The notes under the pieces: model-generated | Databases searched by the model: none | What the model was told of the DNA's origin: nothing | Seen by the model: only the letters and a program-made list of their open reading frames with translations | Translations under genes and position numbers: made by a program | Shown here: positions 25,513 to 37,860 of the stretch, piece after piece | Layout of the letters: each line of letters starts with the position of its first letter | Numbering within the stretch: position 1 is the first letter of the stretch | Assembly (NCBI GenBank): GCA_964270895.1 | Contig: OZ185435.1 | Reading direction: 5' to 3' (one strand) | From: Podarcis filfolensis | Lineage: Eukaryota | Length of the DNA stretch: 64,000 bases

Positions 25513-25668
25513 CATAGAACTATAGAATCATAGAGCTGTAGAGTGGGAAGAGACCACCAGAGTCATCTAGTCCTGCCCCCAGCAATGCAGGAGTCTTTTT
25601 GCCCAATGTGGGGATCGAACCCACAACCCTGAGATTAAGAGTCTCATGCTGCACTGATGGAGCCATCA
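25513..25668 (-). mobile_element. tRNA-Lys-derived SINE, same family as 8299..8445
   Basis: Reverse complement of the same head and tail. Confidence 0.8.
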
Positions 25669-28402
25669 ACCCCAATGCAGGATTTACTTTTGGGTAGACA
25701 TGCACTTGAGTCAGGTCAGAAGTCTATCTAGCTGTGGACAAATCAAGCAAGGCAAGATAGCAGTAGTATAGCTTAGATGGAGGGGGGAATTATTAATTGT
25801 ACAGAATCCTTGCCCCTACTGGATATAGTAGCTCATGAAACACAGAAGCTTGTGCATCTGGTAAAATAAGGCCATTAAGTGGGGGGTTTAAAGTGCACCA
25901 CCTTGCAAGTCAAAATAGTTTTAAATTAAAGGTTGTAAACAAATGTGCTGTATATCAACAATTTTTCTGTATGGTTAAACCTAAACACAAGTCTTCCAAT
26001 TGATATGAATGCAGGGAAAAGGGGCTTCAGGAGGGGATCACTGGTGTATTAGGGGAGTTATGCTGGCGTATCCATAGACACATAGAATTGTAGAGTTGGA
26101 AGGGACCATCTGTTGTGTTGTGGGGCTTATGCCAAATCCTATAGTCTCTCAGCTGGCAGATCTTCAATAGGCCTGAATATAAAACCATGTAGTGCTGCTG
26201 CATCTTAAACTTTGAAGAAATGTGTTTATTGCTGTCGGCCACATTGTTCCACAGTAAATGCTACCCACACACAAAATAAGCAAAGTGCTTTCACTACAGT
26301 TGGGATGATTATTTATACTGAAAAGAGGGAAACACACATTGCCGGTAATCCTCACAAAACAACTGTTCCATTTCTTAGCAGACAGCTGCAGCAAAACATG
26401 ATCTATTTCCCAGCGAGAGCAAAAAAATCTGCAGACTGCCAAGTGTTTTCCTTTTCTCGAAAAAGGAGGAAATAGCACTTGGCAAAAACATACCACATAC
26501 CTGTTGCTAAGAAATCTAGTTTCTTCCTGAAAGTGATGCTTAATTTAGAATGCTTTCAGTGCCATGCATCAACTGTCATTTCCATGTCTATCAATTCTTG
26601 GGGTATATATCCTGGAAAATATATGTGGTTCTTCAAACCAATGTTCATTCAAATATTTAGTTCAAATTAACAAACCTTCATTGCATTTAAATTCCTCTGC
26701 TAGTCTCATTAAGGCTTGTTTCCATATGTTTTGGCAACAGAGTTGCTGTCCAAAATCCCTTCCTCGTAACTCAAGAGAAGTGTAGTACTGGTGTATAATC
26801 CTCCTCCCTGCCTGTGTGCGTAGCTTCACTTCTAAAAAACAAGATGCTACGGCCCATGTCTGTCAATAAATACCACTTGTGGTGACGGTTCAGAATTTAA
26901 AAACCTTCCCTTATTTGGGACATGTGTCAACCCTTACTTTAAAACTCATAATTCTGCGCATGACCAAATGCAACATGGGGCTGTTGAAGCAGCAGAAGAA
27001 GGCCTGAGACTACTGTGCAAACTCTTGACTGATTGCAGACCAGTCTGCAATGTACAAAAGCACACTAAAAAAAAGACCCATGTGTGTTTCAATGGCTATG
27101 TGTATGCACAATCTGTATAACAAGGCATGAACAGGACTCTTGTTAGTTGCAATAACAAAAAGTGAATCTGTGGCAGGAAACAATAGGAAGCTCAGTCCCC
27201 TTAACGCTCACACAGAGGAAATCTGGCCTTCAAGTTTTTATAAGGGTGAGGTCTTGGCACATTACTTTGGCTATAATCCTATACATCCATCTTGTAGTTC
27301 TCCTATCAGAGTAGGGCTCGGTGATGAAAGACAAGTTGAAACACTTCCTGGCATCCACAAGGCTCTCAGATCCTGCCGCAGGGTCAATCCTCCTAATACT
27401 GGGTCTTTTTTCAACAGATCTCGTCTATTCTCCTGATCCTGGTGTGTTACCATTAACAACCAGCGCTGGATTTATGCACAAGCTATGTAAAATACAGTTT
27501 CAAGTCTTGGGTTGTGAGGGGCATCTAAACAAGCAAGCAAACAAAAAATACTGTTATATTGTTTCTGAGAGTAACACCAGACTGGTATGGGTGCAGGATA
27601 GTTCACTCAGCTGCCTGTTTTACTGGAAGAAAGCTGTATGAGAGCACTTTGTTTCCTGTTCCAATGAAATAATTCACAGAACTAGACTTGGAAGGGTTTG
27701 GCAATTGCTCCAATCTCCTTAGCAACTTCCTGTATCTCATTCTCACACTTTGAGAGCCGTGACAGTAGGCCACATAGAGAACAAAGCTTTTATAGTCCTG
27801 ATAAAACATCAAAGGAAATAAATGTGATTTTAATTCCTGAAATTCCTTCTTAATTTCCACCGAGCACCAGTAGATACAGAAGTGTCTTTATCACAAGAAG
27901 AACTTTAAATATTGAATAAATGAGCACAGTTAAGGTCTTGACAGAGTTATTCAAGCGCCAAGCTGTAATCTTAAATGTCAGAAAGATGTACCCTCAGTTT
28001 TAAATTGTTGCTTCACTTGCCATTATTGAGGACATATCTGAAAAGAACATTTGGTATCTGTAGCAATTAGCATGCTTAAAAATTCACAGAGAAATGCCAG
28101 TCAGATACTTAATTTTAAGAATTACATGCAGCTTTCACGTATTTTATTACACCAGTCGCTGCTGACAAAAAAAGCAATGTGGAATAAGATTTGGATAATT
28201 CTCAACACATTAACTTCAATTATTTTTCCAATTAACCACAGAAATTGTAGAGCTATGAGAAGATGCAGAATGAAGTTGCTGTTTTGCTACGATCCTGTTT
28301 GAGAGTTGGAACTTCAAAACAACAGCCTTGCTGTGTGTGACAAGGTTTTCAGGTCTGGGAACACAGCTGAGGAGTTTTATTTGAAAGGCAATGCAAGGAT
28401 AC

Positions 28403-28768
28403 TGAAATATACTCAGAGTCGCAAAGTGATTTAATGCTCTTTATTCAGCTCATAGTGGTGAGGAGGAATGGAAGTCCCCTCAAAGTATCTGCTTTATATA
28501 CATTATTTACACAATGGGCTGCACGTGATTGGCTAATTCCGGACTTCTCCTGTAAGCCAATCAGGTTGTGGATTCACTTCTATCTGGAGCTGGATTGGGT
28601 GGCTCCTGCCGACCAATCATACTGCTGCAATGTTCTAGGACCAATCAGACTGCTGCATTCTGAATCCTATTGTACTAGGACTAATCAGACTGCTGCATTT
28701 TGGATCCTATTGTTCTAGGAACAATCAGACTGCTGCAGTTTGGATCCTATTCAACTCAGTACATAACA
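28403..28768 (-). mobile_element. Solo LTR (366 bp)
   Basis: TG...CA termini, flanks gatac/gatat, minus-strand TATATAAAG at about 28492-28500, AATAAA at 28440-28445, and 40-bp tandem CCAAT-type units. Confidence 0.75.
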
Positions 28769-30139
28769 GATATAGGGATAAACAACCAGACAACAATGGA
28801 AGTTTAAAAGCTTTATTTCTTAATCAAATGCTACACATTTAGGGTGTCCTCTCCCTTATGGAGAATTACCCTGGAAAAGGAGAAACAGAAATTAGATAGG
28901 AGGAGTTATCCTGCCTAAACAGGCTAATCCTAATCCCTGCCCTGGCACTGAGAGAGAACTGCTTTTATGTAGACATGGGATGGAGAACAAAATCCAATCC
29001 CCCGGGGATCCAGAATGCCATGAGCATTTTGTGTATAATGCGGATCAGTGGAGGGTTGATGGAGCAATTACAACTAGTCTAGACTCTAGAGAATGGCACT
29101 GGCTGGCAGCTTCTGGCAGCGTTGCCACTGAAGAATTCAGCAGGAAGGAGGATGGAGATGAAACTATAATTAGTTGACTCTGCCTGTCATTGGCTCTACC
29201 TACTGTTGGGCTCACTTCCTTTTGCCCTAGCAGTCTCAATGGGCACCAGCCTCTGAGTGCAGAGACAACCTAAGTGGAAAACAAATCACCTTTCCATTCC
29301 GCCTGATGAAGGGTTCCATGTACAGGAATTAAAAATAAATATCTATTTTGCCCATCTGGTTTAGTAAATTTTATTTGTAGTTTTTTTATTTGCAGTTAAC
29401 CCCTTCCCCCATTATACAGACACAAACTGGTTGCCGTTTTAGAGTAACTGCAGAGAAATCTCATTGTCATTGCTCTCCACAATCAATAGTCACAACTGCA
29501 GCCTTGGTTAGACTTTGCTTGAAGCTGCACAGCAATGTCAATTATGTCAAGGAACAACATGATCTCACCAGCAAAATATGAAGAAGCACAGGGAGGTGGA
29601 TTCTTCAGGGTTTAGATAATTGGATATAGAATGGCCAAAAACCAGTACTTTTGGAAGAACTAATGAAATAGAAAGCTGAACAACAAAATTAGTAATTGAT
29701 TTCAGCGGCTAACATGGATCAATTAGGTCTAGTACCCAGGGAAAACATTTATGCACTTACTGCCTGCATAGATTAAAATGTGTGAACAAATTTTAAAATT
29801 ACGCCTGGCAATGCATAGGAACCATGCAATGAGTTTTCTACATTAAAGATTGAGACTCGTGTATCTTAAACAGCTGTCCCTCCTTTTGCTCACACTGCTT
29901 GAGAAACCACTTTTGAAAATGGGAGAAGTTAAAAAGCAGATTGTTATAAGGCAAGAGGGTCTTCAATCCAAAAGGAAACAAGAATTATCCCAGGTATGCA
30001 GAAGCTCTTGGGCTTATATAAAAACTTATTAGGGGTCCAAGTTGTTTAGGGTTTTTGATATTAATTGAATAGCTTTATCTCGTCCATCGTGTTCTACTTT
30101 TTGGCATTCCTCTTATTACTGCTGCTTCCCCTTCCTCAC

Positions 30140-30255
30140 TTAATAATAATATTTTTTATTATTTTTCCCCGCCCATCTGGCTGGGTTTCCCCAGCCACTC
30201 TGGGCAGCTCCCAACAGAATTAAAAGCACAGTAAAACATTAAAAACTTCCCTAAA
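30140..30255 (-). mobile_element. Very short L2 3' tail
   Basis: cccgcccatctggctgggtttccccagccactctgggcagc, same terminus as the other L2 copies. Confidence 0.7.
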
Positions 30256-30581
30256 TTTCTTTTACTATATTCTTTTACTGAGTCTTTTTCTCTCTTTTTG
30301 TAGGATAATTAGTATTCTTTAGCCTGCAGATAAGTTGCAGTAAAAAAACAAGCCAAGAATAACATATATTATTCTGCTGGTTCTTTCAGAGATAACTAGG
30401 CCAGATCAATCAGTTCCAACACTTAATGTGACCAAGTAATAAAACCCAGGATGGAGCTATGCAGATAGGAATAAGCTACTGTAAATTCTTACAGTCCATC
30501 CAGGGACAAGGAACCACTCACCTGAGCGTACCCCTTTACTTTCACTAGTCTTAAGTGAACAGCTGCAATTCCTTCTTGCTG

Positions 30582-31164
30582 TGTCACATTCCAGTGGGTG
30601 TCCTCAGGGCCCTCACAGGATTTATAAGCAACTTGGCAAAATATTCACCAAGGAGAGCAAAGCTGAAGGTGCAGCACAGTCCAAACAAACCAGGGTCAAG
30701 CGGAGGGGATAATTTCAGGTCCAAAACATGATCCAGAGGCAAAGTCAAGCAACGGTCAAAGGTCAGTATCACAGAGAGTTCAGGCAAGATACAACACAGC
30801 AAAGCATGCAAATTACACCAAGGAGCCCAAAACCTATGTTGTTTCCAGAGAACAGAAGGCCCGAGAGGGAGACCTTGTAAACTCCCTTCTTGTAGACCAC
30901 ACCCTAACCACAGCTGCTGGTAGTGAAGATGTTTCAGGAATTGCTTGCTTACAAGCCACGCAATGACTCTTGAGTCTGTGAATGCATACTGTGCTGTTGT
31001 TCTTTAGCCCAGACCCAGACCTTTTGGTGCCAGTATTCTTGAGGACTGGAAGGCGGGCCCACCTTCTCCCATGACAGCAAAAATGTTCCTCAGCAGGTGT
31101 CTCCTCCTGATGGCCTCTCAAGGAGATCCTCAGCGCTAGTTCCAGCTCCTCAAGGTCCTTGACA
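30582..31164 (-). mobile_element. Probable old solo LTR (about 583 bp, Gypsy-like)
   Basis: The minus strand starts TGTCAAGGA and ends GTGACA, with an LTR-like purine-rich 5' part and gacc/ggac-rich 3' part. Flanks taaca/cagca match only 3 of 5. Confidence 0.5.
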
Positions 31165-33538
31165 TGTTAGGTACCTGTGAGGGAAAGTAAGGGAGGGGAG
31201 AAAGGGAGGGAAACAGAAGCAACCGTCAGACTGAAGGAAAGGAAAAAAGGAGAAGACTCAGTCTAGGGCTACTTCAACGCCTTTGGGTCCCCTTGCTCCA
31301 TGCACACACACTCTGTCCTCCTTCCTCCAGTTAAGTCTCCTGCTGAGCCAGGAAGCCCCCACCCCGCCTTTCTCTGAATGGAAAGAGACTGAGGGAGCAT
31401 TGAAGGAAATTAGGAAGGGAGATTGAATATTATTATTAAACAGGAACAGAAAGGAAGGCGGGCAGGGGTGCTGCAGCACCTTTCTGTATGTTCGCTTAAA
31501 GAAGGTATATTTCCAGGGGGCTGCAGAGCAATTTTTTTAAACATAGTTCACAACTCATACATACAAATAAACCCACCACCATTGACAATTTAATTATCAA
31601 AATTAAACTCCTATCCCCTTACACAAAGAAAACATAACATAAAAATAAAAGACTTCCTTTATCCTGTAAACGGCCTCCTTATTTACTTCTTGTGAGAGCA
31701 TTATTTTTTTTAAAAGGAAGTGGTAGGCCAAATAGGTTTGGGAACCTCTGACTTAGAGTCTATAGTTCAGCAAATCCTGCCTCAAATTAGAAGGTTAATT
31801 ACAACACCTCCAGAGCTAATGTCTGTACTTAGCTGAAAGAAAGCTAAGTACAGTACAGACATTACTGTACTTCCACAGTACTGTGGAAGTCCCTACCACA
31901 AGGAAATAACAGGGGCAAACAATGTGGCAATTTCCAAAGAGAGATTACGTATCAATAGAAAATGTTAGTTATTCCTAGCTGATTATGCCAATCTTTGCCT
32001 CAGCCCATCACCATTTTGTTCTGGCTCTGTATTACTGTTTTGTAACTGGTGGGCCACAGTCATTTTTACCCCACTTGTGGACTCTAGTGTGAGTATGAAC
32101 CCACAGTGATTAGTTAATGTGCTGACTGCTTTAAAACATTACCACCACAACACAGTAATCCTTAATCAAGGTTTTGACCTACTTTCACAATCCATCACAC
32201 TGATAAAATTGCAATCTCTGCAAAAAACATAAACACCGTTTCACAGTATAGTCCCAAAATATACTTTTTTATGTAATGGTTGATTTTAAAACTGTAGGGC
32301 CCTATTTAACTATTATGGATCTTTTGGATTGTGATATTTTTCCAGAACAACAATTTAGATATGTTTTGATAGACCTACGTAACTCGATCCAACACACCAG
32401 AGCCTCATTTGTAAGTTAATATTGTCTCAACCATAGTGAAGGTCTTCAACAGCAATAAAAGTCAGCATACATAAGATATTCCAAAATTATGTGTGACTGC
32501 TTCTTGTGTGAACCAGACAGAGGACAGGAGGTGGACATTAATCCTATCAAGCTTTTCCATTTCCTCTCCCCGCCCTCCCTTCCCAGTCCCAGCAGCTAAC
32601 CAATAATGAAGAAGAGAAAAAAAGGTATTGAATATGTCTTTCTTCCTGACCTACAGAGTTCCATGGCAAGAGGCACTGAGACATAGGTGGTACGTTGCAG
32701 TTATCACAACATACAGAATATGGGAAGGAAGGAAACTATATGGATAAGTGTAGAGACAAAGGTGGAGTTATATAGTAACCCTGGCTAATATTCCTATTAA
32801 TTGCTCATTTTGCCTTTATTTATAAATGGAGCAATTATTGAGTGTTCTAAATAATTTCTTTAGGATATGTTGTTACCTTTGAGATCAGCTTTTTAATATT
32901 TTAAAATGGAAAAGTAGCATAAAATGTTTTAAATAGATAAGGGAGGAAAAGGAACTACTCAGTACTAATGTTTCCATATGCTGTTTATGAAAAGGATTAA
33001 AGAGGGTTCCTTATTTCCAACATTGTCAGCGTCTGCACACTGCTTAGTTAAGCTTAATTGTGGTTTAAAGGTGAATACAGTGTGCTGGTGCACAGGCTGA
33101 AAAATCACAGCTGCTTTGCTCTTCCCATCCTCCTGCTGCTCTTGTGGTGGCAGGGAGCTAAGCCACGGTTTGGCTTAGCATTGTGTCCAAATGCAGGCTC
33201 ATGGTTTGTTTTCCCCCAGCAAACAAAGAATGTGCCCAGCTTCAACATAACACTGACTAAACCAAGCCACATTTTAGGTCCCAGCAGCACACCAGTAGCA
33301 GGGGTCGGGTAGGAATGGAGTGGTTGCAATTTTCAGTAGTATATGCTGCATGTTGACCTTTAAACCATAGTTATCAATACCGTAGTTTAAAGTGATTTGT
33401 GAACCAGGTTATAGGGTTGTACAGTATGTCAAATATTATTTCCTCAAATGCAACATTTGTCTAATAATTCAGTAGTTTTATGGAAAATAGAAAATATTCT
33501 GAGTCAATTCCATACAAATGTTGTAAGATATTATCTCA

Positions 33539-33980
33539 GGGTATGGTGGCGCTGTGGGTTAAACTACAGAGCCTAGGACTTGCCCATCAGAAGGTCGGCA
33601 GTTCGAATCCCCGCGATGGGGTGAGCTCTCATTGCTTGGTCCCAGCTCCTGCCCACCTAGCAGTTCGAAAGCACGTCAAAGTGCAAGTAGATAAATAGGT
33701 ACTGCTCCGGCGGGAAGGTAAACGGCATTTCCACACACTGCTCTGGTTCGTCAAAAGTGGCTTAGTCATGCTGGCCACATGACCTGGAAGCTGTACGGGA
33801 AGGTAAACGGCGTTTCTGTGTGTTGCTCTGTTTCGCCAGAAGCGGCTTAGTCATGCTGGCCACATGACCCGGAAGCTGTACGCTGGCTCCCTCGGCCAAT
33901 AAAGTGAGATGAGCGCCACAAACCCAGAGTCGGTCACGACTGGACCTAATGGTCAGGGGTCCCTTTACCTTTACCTTTAT
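33539..33980 (+). mobile_element. Sauria SINE, full length, with an internal 85-bp tandem duplication
   Basis: tRNA-like head (ggtggcgctgtgggttaaac...ggttcgaatccc-like B box), family body and (ACCTTT)n tail. Confidence 0.9.
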
Positions 33981-34002
33981 GGTCTGATTGCATGAGGCCA
34001 CC

Positions 34003-34060
34003 ACTTTGCTGAAGCTAAGCAGATGAGTGCCTGGATGGATGACTGCCTGGGAACCACATG
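34003..34060 (+). mobile_element. 5S rRNA-derived (SINE3-like) fragment interrupted by the MITE
   Basis: gaagctaagcag...agtgcctggatgg..gactgcctgggaa resembles 5S rRNA GAAGCTAAGCAG...AGTACTTGGATGGGAGACCGCCTGGGAA. Confidence 0.55.
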
Positions 34061-34062
34061 TA

Positions 34063-34523
34063 CCGTATTTTTCGTCCCATAGGGCGCACCGGCCCATAGG
34101 ACGCACCTAGGTTTTTTGGGGGGAAATAAAGAAAAAAAATTATTTCACCCCCAGGTGCGGGGCTGGGGCGGGGGAAGCCCAAGCGTCCCCCGACCCCAGC
34201 CCCCAGAACAGGCTGCTATCCGCAAGCTGTGGGAGAGCTGCGCGAAGCCCGAAGCCTGGGGCGTGCTGAGTGCAGCACGCCCCAAGCTTCTGGGTGCAGG
34301 CAAGCTCTCCGCTAGCCGTGGTAGAGCTACGCAAAGTCGCGCAGCTCTCCCACGGCTAGCGGATAGCTTCCTGAAGCCTGGAGAGCGAGAGGGGTCGGTG
34401 CGCACCGACCCTCCTCGCTCTCCAGGCTTCAGCGAAAGCCTGCATTCGCCCCATAGGACGCACACACATTTCCCCTTCATTTTTGGAGGGGAAAAAGTGC
34501 ATCCTATAGGGGGAAAAATACGG
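34063..34523. mobile_element. Tc1/mariner MITE with three internal hairpins
   Basis: TA|CCGTATTTTTCG...GAAAAATACGG|TA, with CpGs largely intact. Confidence 0.88.
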
Positions 34524-36819
34524 TACTCTTCTTTGAGTTCCACAAAGGAGGGAAGAAAGGAGGGAGGCATACACATGTACAGTAAAAGTATGAAATTACC
34601 TTTCCCTCTGTCCTCCTGTATCCTTGGACTAATCAGAGGTAAATTTAGCCCAGTTTTTAATATCAGGATTCCACGCTGAAAAACTCCCTAAATAAAACTC
34701 TGGGCTTATTTCAAGTGTTATTACTCTGCGGAGAATTGTGCATATCTCAGACACATTGTCTGCAAATATTGTGACATGTCAGGATGTTCCAACTTCAGTC
34801 ACTTTCTAAGAAGTGATGCAATTACAAGGTATTCAAGAGATTTTAAATAGCCTTATGGTCTTACTGGCATTTTAAATATTCAAGCAGCACAATCCTATGC
34901 ATGTTTATTTGGATGTGTGTTTCACTGTGTTCAGTGGAACAAAAGTCTAAGTCTGATTTAATACAACCTAACAAAAAAAAAGTAAAGAAAGAGACGATTA
35001 TGAGGGAAGCAGGACTGAGCGGCATACAAACTACTGTGTACTTTGTCCATTTCTCATATAGCTGGGCAACTCCTGGCTTATATAGGTGTAATTTTAACAA
35101 TATTAGTTTAAATTTAGCAAAAGCAGTTAAAGTATTTTTTTCATTAAATTGCACCTTCACTAGGAATTAAATGTTTTTGGTTTTGAGTTTTGTCATAATA
35201 CATTACAGGGGAAAAAGACTGAACCTCAGCCTTTAACATCTTTATATACTGTTAAAATTGTATAACCAAATTCAATGACAATACTTTTATTTCTCCTTCT
35301 TTATTTCTAATATTTTTTTCACCAGTAATTTTTGAACGATTGTTTCCATTGATATTAAACATGCATTATGTAATAGCTGTTTGCCTAGTCTGACCTGAAA
35401 ATATACTGCCTAATTCTATTTTTCAGACCTAGTCTGCTCTTTCAATTGATATTACTTCATATGTCTTGTTTTAGTTTATTTTCCCTTGGGTACGTTCAGT
35501 CTTTTCCCTGTAGCACATGATAAAGTTCAGTGTTCCTGTATTTGCATACCAGCTCACATTTTTTATGCAAGTTTCCAGTAATTCAAAACATTCTTACTTA
35601 GATCTAATGGCAGGAACAGGAAATGATTGTTTACTCTCCCTCTCTTCTTTGAATCTATTTACTATCACTATAAACCTGCGCTCAGTAGAAGCTAACTTGT
35701 GAATGAATCATTTAACCAGTGCCAACTAAACGATTACTTTTGGGTCGTTTTTAGAAATATGTGTGTTGGTTTAGAAGCAGAATTATTGTTCCAAGTCCAA
35801 CAATCACATTTGTACAGGCAGTGTCCTAATATTCACTCTAGTGATATACTGTGTTTAAAATAGATCATTCCTCCCCCTGGAATATAAGCTTATCGTCAAG
35901 GAGTAAAGTAAATGACCATCATGTTGTCCTTACTGCTGTAAAATGCAGACACTGGTGACATCTCCAACCTAGTCCTGACGTGCTGATCATAGATGCTGCC
36001 ATAAACAGCACGTCCTCAGGAACAAAAGTCACGTTGTCTGGGACGAAGCATGAAATCCAACCCCTTTCGGTCACCCCACTGTTGTTTGCCTCCACCCATT
36101 ATAGGAGACAGCCAGTGAGATGAGAAGTGGGAGGGTTTTGATTTTCGTAGAAAACAACTAGTGTTGAGACTGTGCCTTCTAAGTTCTCATGCCAGTTGCC
36201 ACTCCAGGCCACATTTTGAAGCTCTAGTTCGAAGAGTTAGTTATACCAATAATAGTTCTACTATTTTGGGGTTGAGGAATTTTGCTATCTGGCAAGAGAT
36301 TAGTGGAAAGCTTAAGTTTCCACCCCACCCTTCTGCTTTCCTGGCAGGGATCCTGTTCCTTGAAGCTGCTTTGTGGCAAGCAGAAATACGAAATGAGGCT
36401 TTCTCAAGCACGAAGTTGAACACTACCTGCTGAATTTCTGTCATGCAGCTGTGAAAAGTGCACTGTGAGAAACAGATGACACCCCCTAAAAAGTATTTCT
36501 AGTACGAAACACTAGCTGGCAAAGATTGCCTCGTACATTGCTCACTGGCCCACGTGGCAGGACGATGTGGGAAAAGGGCAGCCTTCAGGTGACGATGTAT
36601 CGCACCTTGGTCAGTATCCAGGCACTTCCGAAAGCAATTAAAAGTGCATGCGCCGAGAATGATGTAACAAGTTAAGGTACAGCGTGTAGGAATGGTTGTA
36701 AACTCCACCCCCCCCTCTCCTGTGCAACAGCCACGTGAAGAAAATTAAACTGGTGAAGTTATTCCCCTCACTGCAACCCGAAGGCTGGGAAAGGCTTTAC
36801 CCGCAGAATGTTTTGTCCT

Positions 36820-37860
36820 GCAGCTGTTACCCAAGGAAGGCGGGCTGGGATGTGTGTGGTGGAGGGGCGGGTAACTCTACGGGGCAGCAACCCGAGAAGG
36901 GTGTTTCTGTGGCCCTTCTTGCACGTCTAAGCTCGACGAAGCGTCCTGTAGCATCCGAAAGCTTGCTCCCAACATTTGAAAAAGCCCGTATCCTATCAGC
37001 GTGCTTCGAAGCAGCCAGCTCCTCATGAGCCCAGCGCTCGACCCGGCCTCCCTGCTGCGGCTCCGCCTTCGCCGCCCCTTCCCTCAGCCGGCCTCCCCTC
37101 GCTAAGAGCCGGAAGTGGACGCGCGGCAGCAACAGCCATCCCAGCGCGGGGAGCGAAAGAGGCGGGGAAGCAGCAGGAGGAGGAGGAGAAGCGGGCTTGG
37201 AGTCGAGCTCGCCAGTAAGTTTCTCCGCGGCGGGGACGACGGGAAATGGCTGCGGCGACGGCTGGTGCTTCGGGATGGAGGCTCGTTGAGGTGAGGGCGA
37301 GTCTGGAAGGCTGCGAGGGGGAGGAGAAGGGAACGGGAGAGACCCCTCGGGGGGCGTTTGCTGCAGGCGAAACGCGGCTCCCAGGGGGCGCATCCCTGCG
37401 CTCAGCCTCTCTGGGCCGCCTTCTTCCTCGCCGCTGAGGCCGCGCTTCCTCGTTCGGTCCCCGAAAACCCCAAGGCATACTCAACCCCAAGGCGCCCGCT
37501 GAGGGGCTTCTTCGCTAACTCCCCTAGAGGAGCAGGAGGAGGAATGAATGAGGGGGGCTGGTCTGCTTGGGTCGTCTGGCGCCCGAGGCCAGCCAATTAA
37601 GGTGGCGCCGAGGAGGAGCTGCCTGCGTGTGGCTCCGCTTCGGAGTAAGGAGACGCTGGAGCAGATAAGGAGGCCTCCTCCATGCTGCCTTGCGAGAAAT
37701 AGGGCAGCCGAGGAATAGTCTCTCGCTTTCCCACTCCTCCCACCCACCCCCTCGCCTTCGCGGCCTTGCAGAGCAGTTGTTTTGTTTTGGGGTTTTTTGG
37801 CACACGCAGATGACTGCGTCTTCCCGCTAATCGTATTGCGTCGAGAGACGGAGAACAAGC
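36820..37860 (+). promoter_or_regulatory. CpG island and PIK3C2A promoter, possibly bidirectional
   Basis: High CpG density, an ETS motif CCGGAAGT at 37109-37116, GC boxes and a donor gtaagt at 37215. Confidence 0.85.
37110..37214 (+). other. PIK3C2A: PIK3C2A non-coding exon 1 (TSS approximate)
   Basis: Ends at GCCA|gtaagt within the CpG island. The next exon (acceptor at 42020) carries the ATG. Confidence 0.7.

Noticed and set aside
28611-28752. Tandem repeats as a CRISPR-like array
   Set aside because: This is eukaryotic DNA and the units are contiguous with no unique spacers; they are LTR U3 enhancer repeats.
31090-31165. UIM-like peptide KDLEELELALRISLRGHQEE on the minus strand
   Set aside because: There is an in-frame TAA just upstream and no ATG, and it coincides with the purine-rich start of a probable LTR.
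35973-36021. 13-bp bulged stem-loop upstream of the PIK3C2A island
   Set aside because: Too short and large-looped for a pre-miRNA, and it matches no RNA family I recognise.
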